In this document: in pieces, positions 1 through 9,513 of the stretch
How positions within the stretch are numbered: position 1 is the first letter of the stretch
Layout of the letters: every line of letters begins with the position of its first letter
Assembly (NCBI GenBank): GCA_045578725.1
Contig: JAZNKS010000050.1
Location: forward strand, 23,967-87,966
Origin: Candidatus Flemingiibacterium sp.
GTDB lineage: Bacteria; Bacillota; Clostridia; Oscillospirales; CAG-272
Reading direction: 5' to 3'
DNA length: 64,000 nt
Program-made: the position numbers and the translations under genes
The notes under the pieces: generated by a model
Seen by the model: the letters and a program-made list of their open reading frames with translations, nothing else
Database searches by the model: none
Told to the model about the DNA's origin: nothing

Positions 1-1215
1 ATGAAATATCTCGTTTTACTCTGCGACGGCATGGCCGACTACAAGCTGGCCGAGCTGGATAACCGCACCCCCATGATGGCCGCAAAGAAGCCCATGATGG
101 ATATGCTTGCAAAAAAATCGCTCTGCGGCACCGTTTCCAACGTTCCCGAGGGCATGGTACCCGAAAGCGATACCGCCAACATCGCCGTTCTGTCCTACGA
201 TCCCAAGATCTATTCGAAGGGCCGCTCGCCGCTGGAGGCCGTATCCATGGGCCTTACCATGCGCCCCGATGACACCGCCTACCGCTGCAATGTAGTAACC
301 GTCAGCGAGGAGGAAGAAAATTACGACGACAAGATCATGCTCGACCACAGCGCCGATGAGATCACCACCGCCGAAGCCAGCGAGCTCATCAAGGCCATGG
401 AGGAGCATTTCGGCACCGAGGCGCTTCACTTCTATACCGGTGTCAGCTACCGTCACTGCATGATCTGGAACAATCCGCCCACCGAATACAATTTCATGCG
501 CCCCCACGATATCCTCGGCCAGAAGATCGCCGATCATCTGCCAAAGGGCGAGGCCGGCAAGCCCTTCTATGACATGATGCGTGCCAGCTACGATATCCTG
601 AACCATCATCCGATCAATGAGGCCCGCCGTGCGCGCGGACTGCGCCCCGCCAACTCGGTCTGGTTCTGGAGCCCCGGCAAGAAGCCCATGCTTCCTAATT
701 TCTACGAGAAATGGGGCATCCGCGGTGCTGTCATCTCTGCTGTTGACCTCATCAAGGGCATCGGTCTGTGCGCAGGCCTGAAATCGATCGACGTGGAGGG
801 TGCCACCGGCAACGTTCACACCAACTGGTCCGGCAAGGCCGATGCGGCCATCGAAGCCTTTGAAAACGAGAACGATTTCGTCTATATCCATGTGGAAGCG
901 CCCGACGAATGCGGCCACCGCGCCGAGATTGAGAACAAGGTTCTCTCCATCGAAAAGATCGATGAGCTGATTCTGCGGCCGGTCTACGATTATCTGGTAT
1001 CCACGGGCGAAGATTTCCGGATCATGATCCTGCCCGACCATCCCACCCCGATCGTCATGCGCACCCACTCGATGGATCCGGTTCCCTTCATGATTTACGC
1101 CTCCGACTGTGCGCGCGAGGGCGTGGACAGCTTCACCGAGGACACCTGTGCGGCCAAGGATTTCTATCTCGATCACGGCTACAATCTTCTGTCCTACATG
1201 ATTGAAAAGAAATGA
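1..1215 (+). CDS. cofactor-independent phosphoglycerate mutase family protein (archaeal ApgM-like; same subfamily as the 'proposed homoserine kinase')
   Basis: 404-aa ORF with N-terminal MKYLVLLCDGMAD and the EAPDECGH and LPDHPTP metal-site motifs of the alkaline-phosphatase-like ApgM family. It has a 4-nt ATGA overlap with the next gene. Confidence 0.8.
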   Translation: MKYLVLLCDGMADYKLAELDNRTPMMAAKKPMMDMLAKKSLCGTVSNVPEGMVPESDTANIAVLSYDPKIYSKGRSPLEAVSMGLTMRPDDTAYRCNVVTVSEEEENYDDKIMLDHSADEITTAEASELIKAMEEHFGTEALHFYTGVSYRHCMIWNNPPTEYNFMRPHDILGQKIADHLPKGEAGKPFYDMMRASYDILNHHPINEARRARGLRPANSVWFWSPGKKPMLPNFYEKWGIRGAVISAVDLIKGIGLCAGLKSIDVEGATGNVHTNWSGKADAAIEAFENENDFVYIHVEAPDECGHRAEIENKVLSIEKIDELILRPVYDYLVSTGEDFRIMILPDHPTPIVMRTHSMDPVPFMIYASDCAREGVDSFTEDTCAAKDFYLDHGYNLLSYMIEKK

Positions 1216-1748
1216 ACCCCTCCCGCCAGCGTCTTGCACGCGAATGCTTTGACTGGCTCCAGACCTTTGTTCTGGCCATCGCGGCGGTGACTTTGCTCAC
1301 CGCCTTCGTACGCCTCTCGCCGGTATCCGGCTATTCCATGTATCCGACCCTGAGTGAAAACGATATTCTGCTGGTATCCGGGCTCTTCTATGAGCCCTCA
1401 CCGGGCGATATCGTCACCTTTCAGGCACCGCACAGCCGCCTGTTGGCCGGCGGAACGGCCGTCAAGCGTGTGATCGCGCTCGAAGGCCAGACGGTTGACT
1501 TTGATTTTGAAAACTGGTGTGTCACCGTGGACGGTGTCCCCGTCCGGGAGGATTACATCAATCGCGTCATCGGTCAGAGCATGGACCGGGGGGATCTTGT
1601 CTTCCCGGCTGTTGTCCCCGCAGGCTGTGTCTTCCTTTTAGGCGACAACCGCAACGAATCCACCGACAGCCGTTTTTCCGATATCGGCTTTGTCGACAGA
1701 CGCTTTCTCATCGGCCGCGTACTCTTTTCTCTGCCGCTCGGCCGATGA
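1212..1748 (+). CDS. lepB: signal peptidase I
   Basis: N-terminal TM helix. S26 boxes are present: GYSMYPTL (catalytic Ser), VKRVIALEGQ (catalytic Lys) and GDNRNESTDSR. Confidence 0.88.
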   Translation: MNPSRQRLARECFDWLQTFVLAIAAVTLLTAFVRLSPVSGYSMYPTLSENDILLVSGLFYEPSPGDIVTFQAPHSRLLAGGTAVKRVIALEGQTVDFDFENWCVTVDGVPVREDYINRVIGQSMDRGDLVFPAVVPAGCVFLLGDNRNESTDSRFSDIGFVDRRFLIGRVLFSLPLGR

Positions 1749-2410
1749 AGCCCGTTTTGATCCAACGAAAGGATGGTACCATCTTGAATCCGAATCTCAA
1801 TCCCGAGCCGGAAAATCCCGTCCCGGAAACCCTTCCCGAAGAGAGTGGCGGCGAGCCCTCCCCCCTCTCGCCCAAGCGCCTGGTGCGCGAATGCTACGAT
1901 TGGGTTGAAATGTTCGTTGTCACGCTGGCTGTCATCATGATCGCCTTCGCCTTTGCGCTTCGCCCGACCTATGTGGTCGGCCCGTCGATGAATCACACCC
2001 TGCACGAGGACGACGCGCTGGTTGTCAGCAACTTTCATTACACCCCCGCTCCCGGCGATATTGTGGTCTTCCAGTCCCCCGACGGCGCCATCGACGATGC
2101 CATTGTCAAGCGTGTGATCGCGCTTGAAGGCCAGACCGTCGATATTGATTTTGATACCTGGACCGTCACCGTGGACGGCGTTCCGCTTGAGGAGGACTAT
2201 GTAAACCGCATCATCGGCGCGCCCATGCGTTCTTATGATATTTCCTTCCCCGTTACCGTTCCCGAGGGCTGTCTGTTTGTCCTGGGCGATAACCGCAATT
2301 CCTCCAGCGACAGCCGTTCCAGCGCCATCAGCTTTGTCGATACCCGCTTTGTATTCGGCCGCGTGCTTTTCCGCATCCTCCCGTTTGACAAGCTGGGACC
2401 GGTCAATTAA
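1745..2410 (+). CDS. signal peptidase I (second tandem copy with a Pro/Glu-rich N-terminal extension)
   Basis: The in-frame ATG at 1745 overlaps the upstream stop (ATGA). Boxes GPSMNHTL, VKRVIALEGQ and GDNRNSSSDSR are present. The track ORF start at 1517 lies inside the previous gene and was rejected. Confidence 0.85.
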   Translation: MKPVLIQRKDGTILNPNLNPEPENPVPETLPEESGGEPSPLSPKRLVRECYDWVEMFVVTLAVIMIAFAFALRPTYVVGPSMNHTLHEDDALVVSNFHYTPAPGDIVVFQSPDGAIDDAIVKRVIALEGQTVDIDFDTWTVTVDGVPLEEDYVNRIIGAPMRSYDISFPVTVPEGCLFVLGDNRNSSSDSRSSAISFVDTRFVFGRVLFRILPFDKLGPVN

Positions 2411-2431
2411 GCTAAACGAAAGGACTCCCCT

Positions 2432-3304
2432 ATGCCATCCAATATCATTCAATGGTTCCCCGGCCATATGGCCAAAACCCGCCGTCTGATCGGCGAGTGC
2501 CTGGGTCTTGTGGACATTGTCATCGAGGTTCTGGATGCGCGGATTCCAAAAAGCTCCCGCAATCCCGAAATCGAAAAGCTGCTCGGTACCAAGCCCCGGC
2601 TCACCGTGCTCTCCAAGGCCTCCCTTGCCGATCCTGTCATCAGCAAACGCTGGAAGGAATATTACCGCGAGAACAATCAGACCGCCATTTTCTATGACTG
2701 CCGCGGCGGCGACAACATTTCGTCCATCGCACCGGCCGTCCGCGAAATCCTCGGCGAAAAGCTCGACCGCTACGAATCCAAGGGCATGGCCGGCCGCCGG
2801 CTGAAGGCCATGATGGTCGGCATCCCGAATGTCGGCAAATCCTCGCTCATCAATACCCTCTCCGGCGGAAGCAAGGCCAAGGTGGAGGACCGTCCCGGTG
2901 TTACGCTGAACAAGCAATGGATCACCACCTCCATAGGTCTTGATCTTTTGGATATGCCCGGTGTCCTCTGGCCGAAATTTGAGGATCCCACCGTCGGCGA
3001 AAATCTCGCCATGACCGGCGCGATCAAGGATGACATCCTCGATATTGAGGACATCGCCATCCGTCTGGTCGGCCGCCTCCGCCGCACCGCCCCCGATAAG
3101 CTTTCCGAGCGCTACAAGCTGGGCGATATGGCACAGTATGAGGAGCTTGAAAACTGGGAGCTGTTCGAGGTCATCGGCAAAAAGCGCGGCTTCCTCATTT
3201 CCGGCGGCGAGATTCATTACGAGCGCACCGCCAATATGCTTCTGGATGAATTCCGTGCCGCCAGAATCGGCCGGATCACGCTGGAGCTTCCGGAGGACAA
3301 CTGA
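2432..3304 (+). CDS. rbgA: ribosome biogenesis GTPase A (YlqF/RbgA), circularly permuted GTPase
   Basis: N-terminus MPSNIIQWFPGHMAKTRR, and G-motif order DARIP...GIPNVGKSSLIN. The lepB-ylqF-rnhB neighbourhood is typical. Confidence 0.92.
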   Translation: MPSNIIQWFPGHMAKTRRLIGECLGLVDIVIEVLDARIPKSSRNPEIEKLLGTKPRLTVLSKASLADPVISKRWKEYYRENNQTAIFYDCRGGDNISSIAPAVREILGEKLDRYESKGMAGRRLKAMMVGIPNVGKSSLINTLSGGSKAKVEDRPGVTLNKQWITTSIGLDLLDMPGVLWPKFEDPTVGENLAMTGAIKDDILDIEDIAIRLVGRLRRTAPDKLSERYKLGDMAQYEELENWELFEVIGKKRGFLISGGEIHYERTANMLLDEFRAARIGRITLELPEDN

Positions 3305-3918
3305 TGGATTGGTCGATCGAAAACGAACTGTATAAACAGGGATTTTCCTGCATCTGCGGCATCGATGAGGCCGGGCGCGGCCCGCTCTGCGGCCCGGTTG
3401 TCGCCGGCGCCTGCATCCTTCCCCGCGATCTGGAAATTCCGTATCTGAACGACTCCAAAAAGCTGACCCCAAAGCGCCGGGATATGCTGTTCGATCTCAT
3501 CTGCGAGAAGGCGGTTGCCTGGGCCGTGGCCGAAGCATCCCCGGCGGAAATCGATGAAATCAACATTCTCAATGCCTCCCAGCTGGCCATGCGCCGTGCG
3601 ATGGAAGCGCTCGCCGTAAAGCCGGATCTTGCGCTGATTGACGGCAATGTTTCCCGCGGCTTCACGGTGGAAACGCGGACGGTGGTCAAGGGCGATGCCC
3701 TTTCCCCCTCCATCGCCGCCGGATCGATTCTTGCCAAGGTCACCCGGGACCGGATTCTGGAAACGCTGGACGGGGAATATCCGACACTCGGCCTGGCCGG
3801 TCACAAGGGCTATCCCACCAAGGCGCATTACGCGGCGCTGAACGCTTACATCGATGAACACGGAGAGCCGCCGGCCATCTATCGCCGGAGCTTTCTGAAG
3901 AATCTTCACCGCGAATGA
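3304..3918 (+). CDS. rnhB: ribonuclease HII
   Basis: GIDEAGRGPLCGPVV and DSKKL motifs. The start overlaps the rbgA stop. Confidence 0.92.
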   Translation: MDWSIENELYKQGFSCICGIDEAGRGPLCGPVVAGACILPRDLEIPYLNDSKKLTPKRRDMLFDLICEKAVAWAVAEASPAEIDEINILNASQLAMRRAMEALAVKPDLALIDGNVSRGFTVETRTVVKGDALSPSIAAGSILAKVTRDRILETLDGEYPTLGLAGHKGYPTKAHYAALNAYIDEHGEPPAIYRRSFLKNLHRE

Positions 3919-4337
3919 ACACGCCCGCTAGCAGCTACAAAAAGGCCATCGGCCGGCGCGGCGAAGAATTGGCCGCCGATTATCTGAGAAAGCAGGGCTT
4001 CACGGTTCTGGCACAGAATGCCTATGTATCCCACGATGAAATCGACATAATCGCTTCCGACGGAAAATATATTGTATTTGCGGAAGTCAAGACCCGCGCA
4101 CAGACAAAATCCAATCAGCGCTACGGCCGTCCGGCCGCGGCGGTGAATTATGCCAAGCAGCAGCACCTGATCCGCGCCGCCGAGGATTATCTGCGGGAGC
4201 ATCCTTCTCCCGGCCTGCAGCCGCGAATTGATGTGATCGAGGTCTTTCTTCCCGCCATTCACCCCGACACGCCGATTGATTTTTCGGCACTGCTCCCGCT
4301 GGAAATCCGGCATATCCGCAGTGCCGTTCACAAGTGA
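3915..4337 (+). CDS. YraN family endonuclease-like protein (UPF0102)
   Basis: GRRGEELAADYLRKQGFTVLAQN ... EIDIIA ... VFAEVKTR pattern. It has an ATGA overlap with rnhB. Confidence 0.85.
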   Translation: MNTPASSYKKAIGRRGEELAADYLRKQGFTVLAQNAYVSHDEIDIIASDGKYIVFAEVKTRAQTKSNQRYGRPAAAVNYAKQQHLIRAAEDYLREHPSPGLQPRIDVIEVFLPAIHPDTPIDFSALLPLEIRHIRSAVHK

Positions 4338-4345
4338 GGATGCCT

Positions 4346-5278
4346 ATGCCGATGCTGCCCCTGTTCGATCTCCACTGCGACACGCTTTATGAAGCGCTGA
4401 TAACCTCGCAGTCCCTCTCCCGCAATAATCTCCACCTGTCCTTTTCCCGCCTTGCACATTATCAGCCCTTCTGCCAGATTCTGGCCGTCTGGAGCGATAA
4501 CCGTTCGGACGGGGATACCGATTACCGCCGCTTCTTTGAAGCAGCCGACAAGCTGAAAGCGGAGCTTTCCGATTCCGGCATCCGACTCTGCACCGATGAC
4601 GCCGGGCTGAAGGCAGCCGACTCCGGCGCCGTCTTTCTGGCTGTGGAGGGCGGCAAGCTGCTCGGTGACGATCTTTCACGTCTGGATTGCCTGCACGCGG
4701 CCGGTGTACGCTTTTTCACGCTTGTCTGGAATCAGACCTGCAAAATCGGCGGCGCCTGGGATACCGATGAGGGGCTGACCCCCTTCGGCCGTTCGGTTGT
4801 CAAGCGATGCTTTTCTCTTGGCATCATTCCCGATCTTTCCCACGCCTCGCGGCCGATGATCGACGAGGTTCTTGACCTCTGCCAAGAGGCCGGGCGGGTC
4901 TGCATCGCCACCCACTCCAATTCCTATTCCGTCTGCCCCCACCGCCGCAATCTGACCGATGCGCATTTTTGCCGGATCCGCGATCTGCATGGTCTGGTCG
5001 GCATCAGCCTTGCGCCGATGCATCTGACAAGCGATGAAAAATGCACTCTTGATGATGTCGCCGCGCATATTGAGCACTATCTTTCCCTGGGCGGCGAGGA
5101 TACCGTGTGCCTTGGCTGTGACCTTGACGGCGTGCCCTCCCTGCCGGAAGGAATCGCTCATGTGGACGATCTTGCGGGAATTGCGGAAAAACTGGGGCGA
5201 ATTAACTATACAGACGAATTGATTCGCAAGATCTTTTATGCAAACGCCCGAAATTTCATTTCCCTATGGATGAAATGA
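4346..5278 (+). CDS. dipeptidase family protein (peptidase M19 / renal-dipeptidase-like amidohydrolase fold)
   Basis: FDLHCDTL N-terminal metal motif, and later HSN and GCDLDG segments. The start is ambiguous (GTG 4334; ATG 4340, 4346 or 4352). I chose 4346 because GAGGA lies 5 nt upstream. Confidence 0.65.
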   Translation: MPMLPLFDLHCDTLYEALITSQSLSRNNLHLSFSRLAHYQPFCQILAVWSDNRSDGDTDYRRFFEAADKLKAELSDSGIRLCTDDAGLKAADSGAVFLAVEGGKLLGDDLSRLDCLHAAGVRFFTLVWNQTCKIGGAWDTDEGLTPFGRSVVKRCFSLGIIPDLSHASRPMIDEVLDLCQEAGRVCIATHSNSYSVCPHRRNLTDAHFCRIRDLHGLVGISLAPMHLTSDEKCTLDDVAAHIEHYLSLGGEDTVCLGCDLDGVPSLPEGIAHVDDLAGIAEKLGRINYTDELIRKIFYANARNFISLWMK

Positions 5279-5387
5279 TTTTTTTGTGTTATAATAATAG
5301 TTGTGTCTTTGTCAACATAAGCGCCGGAATCCCGAATTCCGGCGAAAGCCGCCGGGCTGACCGGCGGTATAAATCTGGAGGATTCCT

Positions 5388-6875
5388 ATGAACTACATCA
5401 GCACCCGCGGCGGCCGCGACTGTATCGGAGCGGCAGGAGCCATCAAGCAGGGACTGGCCGGCGACGGCGGTCTTTTCATGCCGGAGAAGCTTCCGACGCT
5501 TACCCAGCACGATCTTGATAAGCTCTGCAATATGTCTTATCCCGAGCGCGCCGCTGACATCCTTTCCCGCTTCCTCACCGACTACGATTTCGATGAGCTG
5601 CTGAGCAATTGCCGCACGGCTTATGCTCCCGAGCGTTTCGTCGGCGGCGCGGCTCCTCTGCACAAGCTGAAGGACAACACCTTCATTCTTGAGCTGTGGC
5701 ACGGTCCCACGGCGGCCTTCAAGGATATGGCCCTGCAGATCATGCCCCGCCTTCTCTCAAGCGCCCTGCGCATGACCGAAGAAAAGCGCACGGCCTTCAT
5801 TCTTGTTGCCACCAGCGGCGATACCGGCAAGGCCGCGCTGGAAGGCTACCGCGATGTTCCCGGCGTGAAGATCATGGTCTTCTATCCCGTGGACGGCGTC
5901 AGCCGCGTCCAGAAGCTGCAGATGTCCACCCAGCTCGGCGAAAATGTCGATGTCTGCGCCATTGAGGGCAACTTCGACGATGCGCAGACCGGTGTCAAGA
6001 AGATCTTCGCTGACAGCGACATGGCGCTCCTGCTTGAAAAGAACGGCAGCTTCCTTTCCAGCGCGAACTCGATCAACTGGGGCCGTCTGGCACCGCAGAT
6101 CGTTTACTATGTATCCGCCTACTGCGATCTGATCAACCAGGGTGAGATCTACAGCGGCGAACGGATCAATGTCACCGTTCCCACCGGCAACTTCGGCAAC
6201 ATCTTCGCGGCGTATCTTGCCAAGGCGATGGGTCTGCCGATCAACCGTCTGATCTGCGCATCCAATCAGAACAACATTCTGACCGATTTCCTCACCACCG
6301 GTACCTATGACCGCAACCGTCCCTTCTACACCACAATGTCCCCCTCGATGGACATTCTCATTTCCAGCAACCTTGAGCGGCTCCTGTATCTGATGAGCGG
6401 CAGCGAGAATACCGCCGATCTGATGAAGAAGCTGAACAGTGAGGGCTGCTACACCGTCAGCGCCGGGCTGAAGGACAAGCTGGATGAGCATTTCACCGGT
6501 CTGTACTGCCCCGAGGAGGATACCGCCGCTGAAATCAAGCGCACCTTCGAGGATGACCGTTATCTGATCGACACCCATACCGCCGTCGGCCTCAACTGCG
6601 CCAAGCAGTATATGGCGAAGGATCGGGACGGCCTGAAGATGCTGGTAGCATCCACGGCCAGCCCCTACAAGTTCGCCGCCGACGTATACCGCTCGATCAC
6701 CGGCAAAGCTCCCTCGGACGAGCTTGCGGCTCTTTCGGAGCTGTCTGCTCTTACCGGAACCGAGATTCCCTATCCGCTGCGTGACATCGACAAGCGGGAG
6801 GTCCGCTTTAAGAAGGTCATCACCAAGGATGCCATGCCGTCCGAGGTGCTGAAGGTGCTGGGAATCGGCGAGTAA
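5388..6875 (+). CDS. thrC: threonine synthase (long form)
   Basis: MNYISTRGG N-terminus and PTAAFKDMALQ (PLP lysine motif), 495 aa. A GGAGGA RBS is present. Confidence 0.92.
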   Translation: MNYISTRGGRDCIGAAGAIKQGLAGDGGLFMPEKLPTLTQHDLDKLCNMSYPERAADILSRFLTDYDFDELLSNCRTAYAPERFVGGAAPLHKLKDNTFILELWHGPTAAFKDMALQIMPRLLSSALRMTEEKRTAFILVATSGDTGKAALEGYRDVPGVKIMVFYPVDGVSRVQKLQMSTQLGENVDVCAIEGNFDDAQTGVKKIFADSDMALLLEKNGSFLSSANSINWGRLAPQIVYYVSAYCDLINQGEIYSGERINVTVPTGNFGNIFAAYLAKAMGLPINRLICASNQNNILTDFLTTGTYDRNRPFYTTMSPSMDILISSNLERLLYLMSGSENTADLMKKLNSEGCYTVSAGLKDKLDEHFTGLYCPEEDTAAEIKRTFEDDRYLIDTHTAVGLNCAKQYMAKDRDGLKMLVASTASPYKFAADVYRSITGKAPSDELAALSELSALTGTEIPYPLRDIDKREVRFKKVITKDAMPSEVLKVLGIGE

Positions 6876-6881
6876 TCCGCA

Positions 6882-7085
6882 TCAGCGCGTGATTTCTCCG
6901 CGCGGACGGAAGGTCGCGCATCGGGTATCCGATGCGGCATTGGCCGTTATGCTTCCGATGTTCACACGGTCTGCGGTGCAGTAATTGTCCCCGTCATGCC
7001 AGATGCAGTTTTTCACATCGCAGGTGATTCCGTATATATGCCGGGGAATCGTATCGGTCTTCAGCAGATTTTCAAACAGTGCCAT
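6882..7085 (-). CDS. DUF1540 domain-containing small Cys-rich protein
   Basis: 67 aa with CDVKNCIWHDGDNYCTADRVNI ... TRCATF, which is the DUF1540 cysteine pattern. Confidence 0.65.
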   Translation of the reverse strand: MALFENLLKTDTIPRHIYGITCDVKNCIWHDGDNYCTADRVNIGSITANAASDTRCATFRPRGEITR

Positions 7086-7178
7086 GACTTCGTTCCTTTC
7101 GGTTGATTTCCGCCATTAGTTTTGCCGCTGTGCGCGCAAATATTCCGCCCCGCCAATTTTTGTGAATGGAGAAATTGT

Positions 7179-7922
7179 ATGTTGTATGTCCTGTCCGACA
7201 CCCATCTGTCGATAAGCGACAACAAACCTATGGATATCTTCGGTTCCCGCTGGAGCGGGTACACCGAAAAGCTGCGCACCAACTGGAACCGCGTGGTTGC
7301 TCCCGACGATACGGTTGTGATTGCCGGCGATATTTCATGGGCCATGAGCTATACCGGCGCAACAGAGGATCTCCGCTTCATTGAGAATCTCAACGGACAG
7401 AAGATCATCGGACGCGGCAATCACGATTACTGGTGGGCATCCATGAAGAAGCTGAACGCGCACTGCGAGGCCTGCGGCTTCAAAACCCTCCGCTTCCTAT
7501 ATAATAACGCCTATGAAGTGGAGGATTTCATCCTCTGCGGCTCGCGCGGCTGGTATATCGATGAATCCAACCGGAAGATGCCGCAGGATTCGGATTATCA
7601 GAAGATCGTGGCCCGCGAGGCCATCCGCCTGGAGCTGAGCCTTACCGAAGCCGTCGCGCTCCGCGATAAGGTCAAAGCCGAAACGGGCGTGAAAAAGGAA
7701 ATTCTGGTCTTCCTGCACTTTCCGCCGGATTTCCGCGGCTATGTCTGCTCGGAAATCGTGGCTGTGCTGAAAAAGTATGCGGTCCGCCGGTGTTACTTCG
7801 GTCATATCCACGGCGTCTATGATGTTCCGATTTCCGGGATTTCGGACGGAATCCGCTATACGCTGACCTCGGCCGACTTTCTGAATTTCTGTCCGCTGCC
7901 TATTCTGCCGGACGAAATTTGA
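7179..7922 (+). CDS. metallophosphoesterase
   Basis: LSDTHL, GDISW, GNHDYW and GHIHG calcineurin-like motifs. The ATG at 7179 is preceded by GGAG. The track start at 7122 was rejected. Confidence 0.82.
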   Translation: MLYVLSDTHLSISDNKPMDIFGSRWSGYTEKLRTNWNRVVAPDDTVVIAGDISWAMSYTGATEDLRFIENLNGQKIIGRGNHDYWWASMKKLNAHCEACGFKTLRFLYNNAYEVEDFILCGSRGWYIDESNRKMPQDSDYQKIVAREAIRLELSLTEAVALRDKVKAETGVKKEILVFLHFPPDFRGYVCSEIVAVLKKYAVRRCYFGHIHGVYDVPISGISDGIRYTLTSADFLNFCPLPILPDEI

Positions 7923-7950
7923 ATTTATTGAGAATTTTTTTCAAAGGTTC

Positions 7951-7979
7951 TTGACTTTATCATCAAAAATCGTTACAAT
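7951..7979 (+). promoter_or_regulatory. sigma-70/sigmaA-type promoter upstream of tig
   Basis: TTGACT (7951-7956), 17-nt spacer, TACAAT (7974-7979). Confidence 0.5.
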
Positions 7980-8082
7980 AGTATTAGTTAAAAATTAAAA
8001 TGGTCGCAGACTGTGCATGGCTCAATTTTCCCCTCGGGTATTGTGCCGGACGGCGCGCCAATATCTTTGGAGGATAAGAAAA

Positions 8083-9405
8083 ATGAGTCTGAAAAGTGTA
8101 AACAAGCCCGAGACCAATGTGGTCGAAATTGAATTCACCGCCGACAAGGCGACCTTCGATGCCGCTGTCATGAAGGCGTACAAGAAGAATGTCAAGAGCA
8201 TTCAGATCCCCGGCTTCCGCAAGGGCAAGGCTCCCAAGCACATCATCGAGAAGATGTACGGCAAGGGCGTATTCTATGACGATGCTCTGAACGACATCGC
8301 TCCTGCCGCTTATGAGGATGCCATGAAGGATCAGGATTTCAAGATCGTTTCCCAGCCGGAATTCGATGTTGTATCCATCGACGACGAGGGTGTTACCTTC
8401 AAGGCAAAGTTCTATGTAAAGCCTGAGGTTGCCATTGCCGACTATCTCGGCATCCCGGTTACCAAAACTGTCCGTGAGGCTACCGATGCCGAGGCAGATG
8501 CCGAAATCGAGCAGACCCGCTCCCGCAATTCCCGCCAGATCGAGATCAATGACCGTGCCGCCCAGATGGGCGATATCACCGTCATCGACTTCGACGGCTA
8601 TGTAGATGACACTCCCTTCGAGGGCGGCAAGTCCGAGAAGTACAACCTGACCCTCGGCTCCGGCCAGTTCATCCCCGGCTTCGAGGAGCAGATCGTCGGC
8701 AAGAATATCGGCGATGAGTTCGATGTCAACGTAACCTTCCCCGAGGAGTACCATGCCAAGGAGCTTGCCGGCAAGCCCGCCGTATTCAAGTGCAAGCTGC
8801 ATGAGATCAAGTTCAACGAGCTTCCCGAGCTTGACGATGAGTTCGCAAAGGATGTTTCCGAATTTGACACGCTGGCTGAATACAAGGCCGATGTTAAGGC
8901 AAAAATTCAGGACAGATACAACAAGAATGCTGACAGCGAAATCGAAGAGCAGCTGATCAACGCTCTCATCGAGAAGCTGGAGGCTGAAATCCCGCAGCCT
9001 ATGTTCGATGCCGAAACCGAGAACTTCGTCCGCGACTTCGACAACCGTCTGCGTATGCAGGGACTCGATCTCAATACCTACTTCAAGTACACCGGCCTCG
9101 ATCTGGATGCTATGCGCAAGCAGATGGCTCCCCAGGCAGAGCGTCAGGTCAAGACCCGTCTGGCTCTCGAGAAGATCGTTGAGCTGGAGAAGATCGTTCC
9201 CTCCGAGGAGGAGATCAACGAGGAGTTCGACCGCATCGCCAAGGCTTACAACATGGAGCTGGACAAGGTGAAGGAAATGGTCGATCTGGCTATGGTTACC
9301 GCCGATGTTTCCGTCAAGAAGGCTGTTGATCTGGTCAAGGAAAAGGCTGTCGTTACCGAGAAGGCATACGAGGAGCCCAAGGCTGAGGAAGACAAGGCAG
9401 AATAA
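8083..9405 (+). CDS. tig: trigger factor
   Basis: The FRKGKAP ribosome-binding signature and a central FKBP-like PPIase segment (DFDGYVDD..FEGG) are present. The ATG at 8083 follows GGAGGA. Confidence 0.95.
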   Translation: MSLKSVNKPETNVVEIEFTADKATFDAAVMKAYKKNVKSIQIPGFRKGKAPKHIIEKMYGKGVFYDDALNDIAPAAYEDAMKDQDFKIVSQPEFDVVSIDDEGVTFKAKFYVKPEVAIADYLGIPVTKTVREATDAEADAEIEQTRSRNSRQIEINDRAAQMGDITVIDFDGYVDDTPFEGGKSEKYNLTLGSGQFIPGFEEQIVGKNIGDEFDVNVTFPEEYHAKELAGKPAVFKCKLHEIKFNELPELDDEFAKDVSEFDTLAEYKADVKAKIQDRYNKNADSEIEEQLINALIEKLEAEIPQPMFDAETENFVRDFDNRLRMQGLDLNTYFKYTGLDLDAMRKQMAPQAERQVKTRLALEKIVELEKIVPSEEEINEEFDRIAKAYNMELDKVKEMVDLAMVTADVSVKKAVDLVKEKAVVTEKAYEEPKAEEDKAE

Positions 9406-9513
9406 TTCCCGGCAAATCATCAAAGTAAACACAGCAGGTGGGCGGGCGGAGGCCGATTTCGGTCACGGTCGCCCACTTGGAATCTATCATTACTGAAAGG
9501 TGGACGATTCTTT

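Noticed and set aside
1517-1744. Upstream extensions of track ORFs: 1517 for the second lepB, 7122 for the phosphoesterase, 8017 for tig, 15846 for the GNAT gene, 26800 for the MFS gene, 37421 for the SBP gene, 39135 for secA and 48948 for the SGNH gene.
   Set aside because: The extensions overlap upstream genes, terminators or promoters and encode Arg/Cys-rich non-homologous peptides. Internal ATGs with RBS sequences match the conserved N-termini.
9406-9513. CtsR operator or CIRCE element upstream of clpP.
   Set aside because: No GGTCAAA-type direct repeat or TTAGCACTC-N9-GAGTGCTAA inverted repeat is visible. There is only a GTGGGCG...CGCCCAC hairpin without a U-run.
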